Source: Bacteroidota bacterium (lineage in GTDB: Bacteria > Bacteroidota > Bacteroidia > Bacteroidales > GCA-2748055). Taken from it: DNA of 64,000 bases. The stretch covers positions 4,543 to 68,542 of the forward strand of contig JBDLIX010000007.1 of the NCBI GenBank assembly GCA_039714655.1, given 5' to 3'. The notes beneath the pieces were generated by a model. That model saw only the letters and a program-made list of their open reading frames with translations, did not search any database and was not told where the DNA came from. A program made the position numbers and the translations under genes. Position 1 is the first letter of the stretch. Each line of letters opens with the position of its first letter. Below, one piece after another: positions 39,779 through 50,000 of the stretch.

Positions 39779-40798
39779 ATGCTTCAGAATATTGACAAAA
39801 TCCTTGAAGAAGCCAGGCAATTCAACGCCAGTACCAGTGATGAGATAGAACAATTCAGGATCAAATACCTTGGTAAAAAAGGATTACTCGCTGATCTTTT
39901 TAAGAATTTCAAAGAGGTGCCTGTTGAACAGAAAAAGGAAGTGGGTCAGAAGATCAACCAGTTGAAGCAGTTTGTGTCGCAAAAGGTGGAAGAGTTGATC
40001 TCCAACATCTCCGATGATGATACCAGCGACCATTCATCCGATCTTACTTTGCCTGGCCCTCCCCGGCAACTGGGTGCCAGACATCCCATATCCATTGTCA
40101 GGAACCAGATCATCGAGATATTTGGAAGGCTGGGTTATACCATTTCAGAAGGACCTGAAATAGAGGATGACTGGCACGTTTTTTCGTCACTCAATTTTCC
40201 ACCTGAACACCCGGCCCGTGATATGCAGGATACCTTTTTTGTAGAGAAGGATCCCGATATATTGCTCAGAACGCACACATCTTCGGTACAGGTACGTGTT
40301 ATGGAGAATGAGCAACCACCCATCCGAACCATCTCTCCGGGAAGGGTATTCAGAAATGAAGCCATTTCTGCCAGGGCCCATTGCATCTTTCATCAGGTGG
40401 AAGGTCTCTATATCGATGAAAAGGTCTCTTTTGCTGACCTGAAACAGACCCTTCTCTATTTTGCCCGTGAAATGTTTGGAAAAAAGGTTGAAATCCGACT
40501 TCGTCCTTCCTATTTTCCTTTTACCGAACCATCCGCTGAAATGGATATCAGCTGTCAGATCTGCGGAGGAAAGGGATGCAACGTCTGTAAATATACCGGA
40601 TGGCTGGAGATTCTGGGTTGCGGAATGGTAGATCCAAACGTCCTTGAATTTAACCATATCGACTCCGTGAAGTATACAGGTTTTGCCTTTGGTATGGGTA
40701 TTGAAAGAGTTGCCATGCTCAAATACCAGGTCAGGGACCTTCGCCTCTACTTTGAGAATGATATCCGATTCCTGAAACAGTTTCAGGCAGCGTATTAA
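39779..40798 (+). CDS. pheS: Phenylalanine--tRNA ligase alpha subunit
   Basis: HPARDMQDTF, LRTHTSSVQ, FHQVEG, YFPFTEPS, GFAFGMGIER. Confidence 0.98.
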   Translation: MLQNIDKILEEARQFNASTSDEIEQFRIKYLGKKGLLADLFKNFKEVPVEQKKEVGQKINQLKQFVSQKVEELISNISDDDTSDHSSDLTLPGPPRQLGARHPISIVRNQIIEIFGRLGYTISEGPEIEDDWHVFSSLNFPPEHPARDMQDTFFVEKDPDILLRTHTSSVQVRVMENEQPPIRTISPGRVFRNEAISARAHCIFHQVEGLYIDEKVSFADLKQTLLYFAREMFGKKVEIRLRPSYFPFTEPSAEMDISCQICGGKGCNVCKYTGWLEILGCGMVDPNVLEFNHIDSVKYTGFAFGMGIERVAMLKYQVRDLRLYFENDIRFLKQFQAAY

Positions 40799-40871
40799 TA
40801 GGGTTTGTTTCCTTTATGGGTACAAGTTTTCAATTATTATTTGTTTATTTTGATGTGTCAAGTCATGCATC

Positions 40872-41573
40872 ATGAATGAATACCCCGATCCTGCTGGTTG
40901 TGATTCCTCTGTATTAAAAACACACACCCTTTTTCGACACCTGAATGAGCAGGAACTCCAGGAATTATCATTTAGTAAAATAACAGAAACCTACAAAAGA
41001 GGTTCAATCATCTACCGGGAGGGTAGCCGAATGAAGGGGTTTTTTTGTGTTCATTCCGGAATTATAAAGATATACAAAACCGGGTTTGACGGAAAGGAAC
41101 AGATTATTCGATTTGCCAAACATGGTGATCTCATCGGTTACCGCTCAGTGATTAGCAATGAACCCGCATGCACTACCTCACAAGTTCTTGAGGCAACACT
41201 GTTGTGTTACATTCCTGCCAACATATTGTTCAAGCTTGTTAAAACAAATGGTAATTTTGCCATGGAGCTGTTGAAACTCACCTGTAAAGAGTTGGGAGAG
41301 GCCAACTCTTATCTCACCGACATCGCACAAAAAACAGTGAAGGAGCGTCTTGCTGAAATTCTTCTACAACTTTACACTGATTTTGATGAAGATGCAGAAG
41401 GTATACTTAATATCTCTTTAACCAGGGAGGAGCTCTCCAACATTGTAGGAACTGCAACCGAGTCCATTATCAGGCTTCTTTCTGAATTTAAAAATGATGG
41501 GGTGATCGAATTGAACGGAAGGAAAATAAAAATCCTGGACAAGCCAGGATTGAAGCATATTGCCAATATTTAA
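40872..41573 (+). CDS. Crp/Fnr-family transcriptional regulator
   Basis: cNMP-binding domain (IYREG...GIIKIYK...GDLIG) and HTH LTREELSNIVGTATESIIRLLSEF. Confidence 0.92.
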   Translation: MNEYPDPAGCDSSVLKTHTLFRHLNEQELQELSFSKITETYKRGSIIYREGSRMKGFFCVHSGIIKIYKTGFDGKEQIIRFAKHGDLIGYRSVISNEPACTTSQVLEATLLCYIPANILFKLVKTNGNFAMELLKLTCKELGEANSYLTDIAQKTVKERLAEILLQLYTDFDEDAEGILNISLTREELSNIVGTATESIIRLLSEFKNDGVIELNGRKIKILDKPGLKHIANI

Positions 41574-41579
41574 CGCTAC

Positions 41580-41753
41580 TTAGTCTATCAACTTACCGAT
41601 CACAATATGGGCAATAAGCCCACCCACAATAAGGACGAGGCTGAGCGAAAGATGTGAATTGGTTTGAACCTTAGTGAAAACTGAAATCCCAAGTACAATT
41701 ACTCCGGCCAGAATAACAAGAAGTCCTGCGTTTTTCAATAAATCTTTTAACAT
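41580..41753 (-). CDS. Small 57-aa two-TM membrane protein (below the ORF-track cutoff)
   Basis: ATG 41753 to TAA 41580: MLKDLLKNAGLLVILAGVIVLGISVFTKVQTNSHLSLSLVLIVGGLIAHIVIGKLID. It fills the gap after ruvB and has its own -7 box. Confidence 0.8.
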   Translation of the reverse strand: MLKDLLKNAGLLVILAGVIVLGISVFTKVQTNSHLSLSLVLIVGGLIAHIVIGKLID

Positions 41754-41777
41754 ATCAGCTTATATTTCAATTCCTCA

Positions 41778-41785
41778 CAAATATA
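41778..41785 (-). promoter_or_regulatory. -7 box (TATATTTG) for the 57-aa ORF
   Basis: Plus strand CAAATATA, 24 nt upstream of ATG 41753. Confidence 0.55.
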
Positions 41786-41794
41786 TATAAAATA

Positions 41795-42814
41795 TCAGAA
41801 TAAAAAGTTCTGGCTATCTCTATATTTGCCAAGGTGTTCATAGGCATTCTTTGTGACTTCTCTCCCCCTGGGAGTCCTTTTAATATACCCCTCCTTAATC
41901 AGAAATGGTTCATATACTTCTTCAATGGTTCCCGCTTCTTCGCCTACTGCCGTGGCAATGGTATTCAGTCCCACCGGTCCGCCCTGGAACTTATCAATAA
42001 TGGTTAAGAGGATTTTATTATCCATTTCATCCAGACCGGATTGATCAATATTCAGTGCATTCAGCCCGTACTTAGTGATCTTCATATCGATGATCCCATC
42101 TCCCTTTACCTGGGCAAAATCTCTTACACGCCTTAGCAGCGCATTGGCAATGCGGGGGGTGCCCCGACTTCTGGATGCAATTTCCACTGCGGCATCTTCT
42201 ACAATTTCCACCTTCAGAATTCGGGAAGAGCGTTTTACAATACCTGTAAGTACTTCAACATCATAGTATTCCAGTAACGAATTGATGCCAAACCTTGCCC
42301 GTAAAGGACCTGTCAGCAAACCCGATCGGGTAGTTGCTCCTATTAAAGTAAATGGTTTCAGGGTAAGCTGGACAGACCTGGCCGCAGGTCCCTTATCGAT
42401 CATTATGTCAATACAATAATCCTCCATGGCCGAATAAAGGTACTCCTCTACAATGGGTGAGAGCCTGTGGATTTCATCGATGAATAACACATCTCCCTCT
42501 TCCAACCCGGTAAGCAGTCCGGCCAAATCACCAGGTTTATCCAGTACAGGTCCGGAAGAAATTTTAATGCCCACCTCCATCTCATTGGTAATGATATGGG
42601 CCAGTGTGGTTTTACCAAGACCCGGGGGACCGTGCAACAACACATGATCGAGGGCTTCATCCCTCAAACGTGCAGCTTCAACAAATACCTTCAGGTTTTC
42701 GACTACTTTTTTCTGTCCATCAAAATCAGAGAAAACAGCAGGTCTTAGTCTCGCTTCTAATTCCAAGTCTGTTTCAGACAGCGCTTTATCTCTAAATTCA
42801 AATTCCTCTGCCAT
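41795..42814 (-). CDS. ruvB: Holliday junction branch migration helicase RuvB
   Basis: [48 protein letters not shown]. Confidence 0.98.
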   Translation of the reverse strand: MAEEFEFRDKALSETDLELEARLRPAVFSDFDGQKKVVENLKVFVEAARLRDEALDHVLLHGPPGLGKTTLAHIITNEMEVGIKISSGPVLDKPGDLAGLLTGLEEGDVLFIDEIHRLSPIVEEYLYSAMEDYCIDIMIDKGPAARSVQLTLKPFTLIGATTRSGLLTGPLRARFGINSLLEYYDVEVLTGIVKRSSRILKVEIVEDAAVEIASRSRGTPRIANALLRRVRDFAQVKGDGIIDMKITKYGLNALNIDQSGLDEMDNKILLTIIDKFQGGPVGLNTIATAVGEEAGTIEEVYEPFLIKEGYIKRTPRGREVTKNAYEHLGKYRDSQNFLF

Positions 42815-42821
42815 TTCGAAA

Positions 42822-44399
42822 TCACTGAATTAAAGTAACATCACTTTCCGGTAATTTGATCCTGAATCCATTGATTCTTTGCTCCATATTGTTCCTATAA
42901 GTGACAGTCATCACCAAATTTCCCGCAACATCATATTTTTTCCAGATTCTCTCACGAATGCCCAATTCATAGTACTGATCCTCCTTTAGCTGACCTGAAG
43001 CGTAATAATACTTGTGTCTTTTATCTGGATTTCCCTGAGAATAACGTCCTTCATACTTGAGCTTTCCGTCATGGAAATAGTATTTCCATATCCCTTCTCT
43101 CAAACCAATCACAAAGTTACCACGTTCCTGGTGATCGCCAACCTGGTAGATCCACTCTCCCTCTTTTTCACCATTGATATAATCACCTTTTGTTAATATG
43201 TTGCCATTTTTATCGTATTCCACAAACATCCCATCCTCTCTTCCGTTAAAGTAACTCTCTTCACGCCAGGTGTTTCCATTTGGATAATACCAGGTCCATA
43301 ATCCCTGATATCTTCCTCTTTCAAACCTTCCTCTTTGTTCAATTCCTCCTGAACGAAAATAGAAAATCCAGCTTCCCGATCGCCTGTTGTCACGATAACT
43401 CCCCTTTGCCCTTGTTTCACCCGTTGAATATAGATCAATCCACGATCCTTTTTTTCTACCCTGCTCATCAATGATCCCTTCCGAGACCTTCACACCCAGT
43501 TCGTTGTACAGGTACGCATTCTCTACGATCCCGGTGGTATCATAAAATCTGTGAACTCCAACAGGAATATCCTCTTTGTACCCACCAGTGAAAATAACAC
43601 GTCCCTTTTCATCATAGGTACTTTTCATATCCAGTAACTCTTTCAAATCTTCATCAATCTCTTCCACGATCATTCCCCGCTCGTAGCGCATGCCCATCAC
43701 CAATTCACCTTTTCCGTTAAACTCTCTGTAATAGCCGTGCAATTGATTATCCAGATAATGTTCCTCTTTTTTGATTTTACCATTTTCATAATACTCCCTA
43801 AAGGTACCCTGTTTCCTTCCATCACCATCGGTCTGGTTCACCCTTTCACGGTTCACAATGTAGTTCTCATTGTATTGCACCACCGTAATCAACGTACTGT
43901 CTTTTGAAAACTCCCTTGACAATCCCTGCCTCTTCCCATTTTTATAAAAGACCATCAATTTTAACTCACCCGTAGGATGGTAGTAATACGAACTTCCTTC
44001 TTTTTTTCCATTCACATAAAGCTCATTTGATATAATTGTAGGTTGTCCGGGGTGCAACGGATTATCATAATGATATTTGATGGAATACCCGCTTTTTTCT
44101 CCAATCTTGTAATTGATTTGCTGAACCAACTCGCCTGCCTGATTAAAAAAATTCCAGGTGCTATCGAGCAGGTAATTTCTCCTTTTTCCCTCAGATTTGA
44201 TCACACCGGTCACATAATAGGATTTCCAGTATCCTTCTGGTTTATTATCCCTCATAGTTCCCTCACTTGAAACCTGACCATTGGGATAATAAACCTTAAC
44301 AAATTCTGTTTTGCCAACGCTATCCTGACCGCTGACCAGAAGCAGCGGCATTAGATTGAATATGAATACAAAAGTGTATAGAATTATCCTTGATGACAT
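42822..44399 (-). CDS. Exported MORN-variant (MORN_2) repeat protein
   Basis: Signal peptide followed by many ~23-24-aa G.(W/Y)..YY..G repeats. Confidence 0.8.
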   Translation of the reverse strand: MSSRIILYTFVFIFNLMPLLLVSGQDSVGKTEFVKVYYPNGQVSSEGTMRDNKPEGYWKSYYVTGVIKSEGKRRNYLLDSTWNFFNQAGELVQQINYKIGEKSGYSIKYHYDNPLHPGQPTIISNELYVNGKKEGSSYYYHPTGELKLMVFYKNGKRQGLSREFSKDSTLITVVQYNENYIVNRERVNQTDGDGRKQGTFREYYENGKIKKEEHYLDNQLHGYYREFNGKGELVMGMRYERGMIVEEIDEDLKELLDMKSTYDEKGRVIFTGGYKEDIPVGVHRFYDTTGIVENAYLYNELGVKVSEGIIDEQGRKKGSWIDLYSTGETRAKGSYRDNRRSGSWIFYFRSGGIEQRGRFERGRYQGLWTWYYPNGNTWREESYFNGREDGMFVEYDKNGNILTKGDYINGEKEGEWIYQVGDHQERGNFVIGLREGIWKYYFHDGKLKYEGRYSQGNPDKRHKYYYASGQLKEDQYYELGIRERIWKKYDVAGNLVMTVTYRNNMEQRINGFRIKLPESDVTLIQ

Positions 44400-44409
44400 G
44401 AAAAATGGT

Positions 44410-45366
44410 TTATAAATGCATGCTTTTTGAAATCTCCAACATTCTCACGATTGACCCTCTTGCTTTATCCATCAATTTTTGTTCCAAAGTTATTTCAGGA
44501 AGCTCATTCTTCAAAGCATTATAAACTTTTTCCAATGTAATAAGTTTCATGTATTTGCAATCGTTACAGGCACAGGTAGAATCTTTGGGAGGTGCAGGAA
44601 TGAAACTCTTTTGTGGACTGGCTTTCTTCATCTGGTGGAGTATACCCGATTCTGTAGCTACAATGAATTTCATTCCTTCATCTTTGATTGTATAATTCAA
44701 CAGCGAAGTAGTGGACCCTATATGATCTGCCACAATCAGAATCGGTTTTTCACACTCCGGATGTGCAATAATTTGAGCATCAGGGTTTTCGTCCTTTATT
44801 TCCATGATTCTTTCCAGACTAAACTCTTCATGCACATGGCATGCACCATCCCATATTTTCATATCCCTGCCCGTTATACTACAAATGTAGTTACCCAGGT
44901 TCCGGTCGGGTGCAAATATAATCTTCTCATCTTCTGGAAGGCTTTGAACAATCTGAAGTGCATTTGTTGATGTACAAATAATATCGGTCATCGCTTTGAT
45001 CTCGGCTGTGGTATTGACATATGATATCACAGTATGATCGGGATATTTTTTCCTGAAGGCATCAAATTCCACGGGTGGACAAGAATCTGCCAGAGAACAC
45101 CCTGCTTCCAGATCGGGGAGCAGAACCTTTTTATCAGGGGCAAGAATTTTAGCAGTTTCGGCCATAAAATGAACTCCTGCAAAAAGAATTATATCGGCAT
45201 TTGTTCCAGCTGCCTGCTGTGATAAACCCAAACTATCTCCCACATAATCAGCTATATCCTGTATATCTCCCTCCTGGTAAAAGTGTGCCAGTATCACTGC
45301 ATTTTTCTCGCTTCTTATTTTTTTGATCTCTTCAATAAGATCAAGATTGTTTTTAACAGCTTCCAT
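44410..45366 (-). CDS. nadA: Quinolinate synthase
   Basis: [50 protein letters not shown]. Confidence 0.97.
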   Translation of the reverse strand: MEAVKNNLDLIEEIKKIRSEKNAVILAHFYQEGDIQDIADYVGDSLGLSQQAAGTNADIILFAGVHFMAETAKILAPDKKVLLPDLEAGCSLADSCPPVEFDAFRKKYPDHTVISYVNTTAEIKAMTDIICTSTNALQIVQSLPEDEKIIFAPDRNLGNYICSITGRDMKIWDGACHVHEEFSLERIMEIKDENPDAQIIAHPECEKPILIVADHIGSTTSLLNYTIKDEGMKFIVATESGILHQMKKASPQKSFIPAPPKDSTCACNDCKYMKLITLEKVYNALKNELPEITLEQKLMDKARGSIVRMLEISKSMHL

Positions 45367-45425
45367 ATTATATATTTATTATAATATTAAAGAATAAATC
45401 TTTTTATGATGATAATATGCGGTTC

Positions 45426-45448
45426 ATTCTGTTTTAAAAAAACAGAAT
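45426..45448. repeat. Perfect 10-bp inverted repeat ATTCTGTTTT-aaa-AAAACAGAAT
   Basis: Read directly from the sequence; abuts the -7 box at 45450. Confidence 0.85.
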
Positions 45449-45449
45449 T

Positions 45450-45457
45450 TATCTTTG
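45450..45457 (+). promoter_or_regulatory. -7 box (TATCTTTG), rightward
   Basis: Exact TAnnTTTG. Confidence 0.5.
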
Positions 45458-45591
45458 CAATTTCTAATATTGAAACATTAGACACACTCTATTAACAATT
45501 GAAAGTTTTGTTAAGTTCTGAGAACCGGAATGATAGAAAATGATTTAACACCTGTTAGTAGAATTTAAATTTGATAAAAAGAATGTCTGTT

Positions 45592-45599
45592 CAAAGATA
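45592..45599 (-). promoter_or_regulatory. -7 box (TATCTTTG), leftward toward nadA
   Basis: Plus strand CAAAGATA. Confidence 0.45.
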
Positions 45600-45740
45600 G
45601 TGACTGTTGACAATCTGTTTATATTTTAGGGGATTATTTGGATCATTTAAGATAGAAGAGCGATTAAAGGTTTTATGACCTGGTTATAAAAATGAATGAA
45701 CAACAAATCAACCATCTGTTTGTTAAAAATAGCGAAGAAA

Positions 45741-46181
45741 ATGAATAAGGAAATTGCGATTGCTTCTGATCATGCGGGTTATAAGATGAAATCAGCTTTA
45801 ATTAAGTATCTGGAAGAGAAAGGATTCACCTTAAAAGATTTTGGTACAGGATCAACTGTTTCCGTTGATTACCCCGACCAGGGACATCCCCTGGCTAAAG
45901 CAGTGGAGGAGGGTTTGTTCAATAGAGGGATCTCTCTATGCGGCAGTGGAAACGGTATTAATATGGTAACTAATAAATATCAGGGGATCAGAAGTGCATT
46001 GTGCTGGAACAGGGAGATAGCAAGATTGGCCAGACGTCACAATGATGCAAATATTTGTTCTCTTCCGGCAAGGTTCGTAGATTTATCTCTGGCCAAAGAG
46101 ATTGTAGATGTTTTTCTTGAGACAGAATTTGAAGGAGGGAGACACAATCAGAGAATCAACAAAATTCCCAGAATAATATAA
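45741..46181 (+). CDS. rpiB: Ribose-5-phosphate isomerase B
   Basis: IAIASDHAG, SVDYPD, CGSGNG, ARRHNDAN, FEGGRH..RI. The likely start is ATG 45741. Confidence 0.95.
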   Translation: MNKEIAIASDHAGYKMKSALIKYLEEKGFTLKDFGTGSTVSVDYPDQGHPLAKAVEEGLFNRGISLCGSGNGINMVTNKYQGIRSALCWNREIARLARRHNDANICSLPARFVDLSLAKEIVDVFLETEFEGGRHNQRINKIPRII

Positions 46182-46183
46182 AT

Positions 46184-46615
46184 ATGATATCCAATACCTG
46201 TAAATATGCCATCAGGGCGGTAATATACCTCTCTCTTTTCGCTTCTGAAGAAAAAAAATCGGGAATTAAAGAGATCTCCTCTGAACTTGGTATTCCTACA
46301 CCATTTTTAGGAAAGATACTCCAGATGTTGACCAAACAAAACATTCTGAATTCAGCAAAAGGGCCTCATGGAGGTTTCAGCCTGAAAAGACCAGCCATAG
46401 ACATTTCACTCATGGACATCATCGAAATCATTGATGGTACTGATTATTTTAATACCTGTATCATCAGAACTACGAAATGTGAGGAAAAAGGCCCCTGTAG
46501 CATACATGATAAAGTAGCCCCGTTACACAAAGGATTAAAAACTCTTTTCATGACAGAGACCATTGCCGATCTGGCATCCGAATTCAGGAACGATAAAGAG
46601 CGGATCAGGATTTGA
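46184..46615 (+). CDS. Rrf2-family transcriptional regulator with three Cys (putative Fe-S)
   Basis: KYAIRAVIYL, PFLGKILQML, SAKGPHGGF, CIIRTTKCEEKGPCSIH. Confidence 0.93.
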   Translation: MISNTCKYAIRAVIYLSLFASEEKKSGIKEISSELGIPTPFLGKILQMLTKQNILNSAKGPHGGFSLKRPAIDISLMDIIEIIDGTDYFNTCIIRTTKCEEKGPCSIHDKVAPLHKGLKTLFMTETIADLASEFRNDKERIRI

Positions 46616-46997
46616 TGGATTTGAAAATTCTAAGACTCCTGAAAATACGAAAGGCAATATAACCTGCCGCCAGGCCGGAAAAATTGGCCAGAAGATCGAA
46701 CCATTCGGCCGAGCGTGTTGCCACCACAGTTGCCTGAAGCACCTCTATAATAGCGCTCATGATAAAGATCACTACGCTCAGAAGAATGTGAAACTGAACA
46801 CATTGACCCTTACAACGACTCTCTAACAGGGCAACAAATCCAAAAAATGCATACATGGAAAAGTGAACGATTTTGTCCAGAAATTTGATGGAAAATAGTG
46901 ACGAATCCGGCATGCTGCTGCTGGGAATAAGACTGAGCATGGCAATTACAATAGCCAGCAAAATAGAAAATTTGTATCGGAACACGTAACTTAGCAT
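46605..46997 (-). CDS. VanZ-family membrane protein
   Basis: DKIVHFSMY, IEVLQ, RSAEWFDLLANFSG. Confidence 0.85.
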   Translation of the reverse strand: MLSYVFRYKFSILLAIVIAMLSLIPSSSMPDSSLFSIKFLDKIVHFSMYAFFGFVALLESRCKGQCVQFHILLSVVIFIMSAIIEVLQATVVATRSAEWFDLLANFSGLAAGYIAFRIFRSLRIFKSIKS

Positions 46998-47045
46998 CTT
47001 GGTATTCACTTTAATCGCCAGCACAAATATGATAATAATTTTGAA

Positions 47046-50000
47046 ATGAAGTTAAATGATCTGCTTGCATTTCTGGGTGAAGAGAAGATAGATACGTGGT
47101 TTGACCTGGGCCTGTTCATTGACCGGTTCAAGGAAAAGAAAGCTTATCCTTCCATCCGTTTCAGGGGCTCTTTTGATGAATTCAAGGAACAAATGAGAAA
47201 GGGAGGTGTGGGCTTTCTTACATTCCATTATATGATAGATGGCGTTACAGTTGAAGTGGATAAATACGCATCTATTATAAGAAGAAATATTCCTGGAATT
47301 AAGGTGCACTATATTGCAGGAGAGATCCATTCAAAAAACAGTCCTCTCATTAAGGATGATTATAAGCAATGTGTTATTCCGGAGTTGAAGGGTTTTAATG
47401 ATTGGGAGCTCTATCATGATTTCTATTTCACAAAACTTGAACGGGGAAGTGACACTTACAATGCCCTCATTAAAAAATTGTGGGCACAAACTGTGGAGAT
47501 CATTGAAAGAGTTGGCAGTTATATTGAAAGCGAAGGAATTAATTTGCTCTATGTAATCAATGTATGTTCCAATCCTGGAAACGTTGCACTGGCTCTTGCC
47601 ACTGTAATACTTTCGGAATACCTGGGAATTCCGGTTATTAACAACAACCATGATTTTTACTGGGAAGAGGGAATGTGCAAAACAGAACGTGAGAAATCAG
47701 GTACCCCGTCAGGCCCCAGGGACTTTTTCTTTAACAACTGTCACCTGGGAGAAGTCTTCTCGGTGATCGAAATGCTATTCCCATGGCAATCACGCACATG
47801 GATCAATGTGAACATCAACAGGGGACAGACAGAACACCTGATCAGGATCAATGGACACAATCCTACCAATGTAATGGAGATTGGAACGGCAGTGGATACC
47901 TCCCATTATACCAAAAGTGACAAACGAAAAAATATCAACACCTTCATTCAGGTTGAGAAAATACTATCGCGGTATGGTGATCAACTGATTAGTTATTCTA
48001 TAGAGGATGTGCTTTCAGGGGGATTGGTGGCCGAACACAATCCAAGACCCATTCTTATCGGGGCACATACTGGTAGGGTGGAAAGATTTATCGGGGAGAA
48101 TATACTATTCCTGCAACCTACCCGGATCATCTCCAGGAAAAGGATAGAGACCTCTTTTAACCTGCTTATTAAAATGTTTGAGGAGGAGGAGATGGAGCTC
48201 AGGTTCAGAAAAACCTCCCAACTGAAGATGACACTTTTGATAACCGGTCCTATCGCAGCCGGACATTATGGTTACTATAAGAGGCTTATCGAAAAATTCC
48301 AGGAGTTGTTAAATCAGGTGGGATCAACCCTGAAAAGCCGGATTTATCTGGCATTCTTCTTTGGTGAACTGGATAGTGATTCTTTCAAGGCGCGTTTTGA
48401 CCATCCCGTTGGGGTGGCGGAGCTCTATAACATCGCTTCACTGGTACTGCTTCCCAGCAAGACCGAAGGGCGGGGATTGCCCATCATTGAAGCCACTGCC
48501 TGCGGTACTCCCATTTTTTGCAGGAGGTATGAGCCCGAAAAGGTCTATTCTGAAGTGATTGGGGAGCATCTGGAGGAAAAAGACCGGTTGAAAGTACTGG
48601 AATTCAGAGGAAAAAAAGTATCCAGCACCATTGTGCAACGTATAATCGACAGGGTATTTTTCCCCCACAGGTATACCGATGAATTCAGGCATAACCGGCG
48701 CGTAGTACACAAACGGTACAGCCTGGATTCGCTCAATGAAAATATGAATCAAATCCTACATCGTCTTTACCACCAGATTAGAGGCAATGAGAAGATTTTA
48801 AGGATTGTACATGAAAGTCTGGATGATTACAGGGAGATGGTCAGCTTTACCAATGAAGATCTGATGGAGCTGCTGGATACCCAAAACAGGCACTACCTCC
48901 CAGGATATGGCCGTCTCTCTTTCATGCTCATGTTAAAATCAATTATCGACCCAAGCTATTTCAGGGTGGAACAACAACATTTGCGTGGAATGACCTTTCA
49001 TTTTGCAGGGGCCATTATTAAGAACGATCCGGATGCAGAACATATACCCGAAAAGATCATCCACCAATTTTACAACGCCGTTGAAACCCTTTTTGAATTA
49101 AGGGTGGGGGAGAGTTCCATACAACATGATCATTCCATGGCGTACCGGCATCGGAACAAGTACCATTATCCCTATCAGGACTACACCTTTCAGGAATTAA
49201 CGGGGTTAATTAATTTACTTTATATCAAAATTGTACAACCCTCCCCCCTGAATAAAGTGAACATAAACCCCCAATTTTTCACCGACTGGGATCTGGCCCT
49301 GCAGCAACTTACCGGGAGCCCCTACCTTGCCATCGATGACAGGAAAAGACTCATTGAAAGGCTCCGTTCAAATCTTCCCATTGCCTATTTCCCGGGAGCA
49401 TACATCATGTATGAACTGGAGTTTTTTGCCCTTCAGTCCATTCGTACAAGACTTCACCTTCCGCTTGAAGAGACCATTTCGCGACAACTGTTGGAAAAGG
49501 AGGCTGCAGTGTTACAACCGGTATACATCTTTGCCCAGGAGAAGAACCTTGGCAAACAGCTCAACAAAGATGAGATTACCGATTATATCATAAGCGGCAG
49601 ATCGGAAGAGCTAAAATTGCTCTATGAATACAACGTTATACAGATAATCCGTACCAAGCAGGTGTGTGTTGGAATCCATTTCCCGCAGTTAGGGAGCAGG
49701 GCATTGAAAGTGCTGCGTGAGATCAAGGAACAAAACGGGTATATTCTTACCAACCGCAGCAATGCAGCCATGATGACCGATATGGTGAACATGGACCGTT
49801 TTCACATCGGACAGGTGCCCAACCAGTTCACGGCCCATATCATGGGAATCCCTATTCATAGTGGTTATATACAGTATGTTCCTGCGGGGGTCCGGACAAC
49901 CCTTGCTTACCCGACTCCGGTACAGACCTCAAAGGATTTTGAACGGGCCCTGAAAAGCGATCTGTTCAAATTCCTAAAAAAGAAATATGGGGAAGAGAAG

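Larger units (their letters stand above)
45367..45740. other. AT-rich divergent intergenic region, candidate oriC
   Basis: Longest non-coding stretch in the window, with a nearly pure A/T block at 45367-45410, multiple TGTT-led degenerate DnaA-box-like 9-mers, and parS/mnmG/rnpA nearby. Confidence 0.45.

Noticed and set aside
39779-40798. pheS without pheT
   Set aside because: This is the normal arrangement in Bacteroidota.
40850-40861. TTGA-N4-TCAA palindrome upstream of the Crp/Fnr gene as an FNR box
   Set aside because: The spacing is 2 nt shorter than the FNR consensus TTGAT-N4-ATCAA and it is short enough to be chance.
42822-44399. Toxin-antitoxin (YwqK antitoxin) interpretation of the MORN protein
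   Set aside because: It has a signal peptide, has no neighbouring toxin, and sits in a housekeeping operon.
45530-45568. 12-codon ORF MIENDLTPVSRI in the nadA/rpiB gap
   Set aside because: Such short ORFs arise by chance; no regulatory codon run or attenuator hairpins.
45367-45590. Possible NAD+ riboswitch upstream of nadA
   Set aside because: The region is very AT-rich with no recognisable aptamer structure; the nadA-motif riboswitch is known from other phyla.
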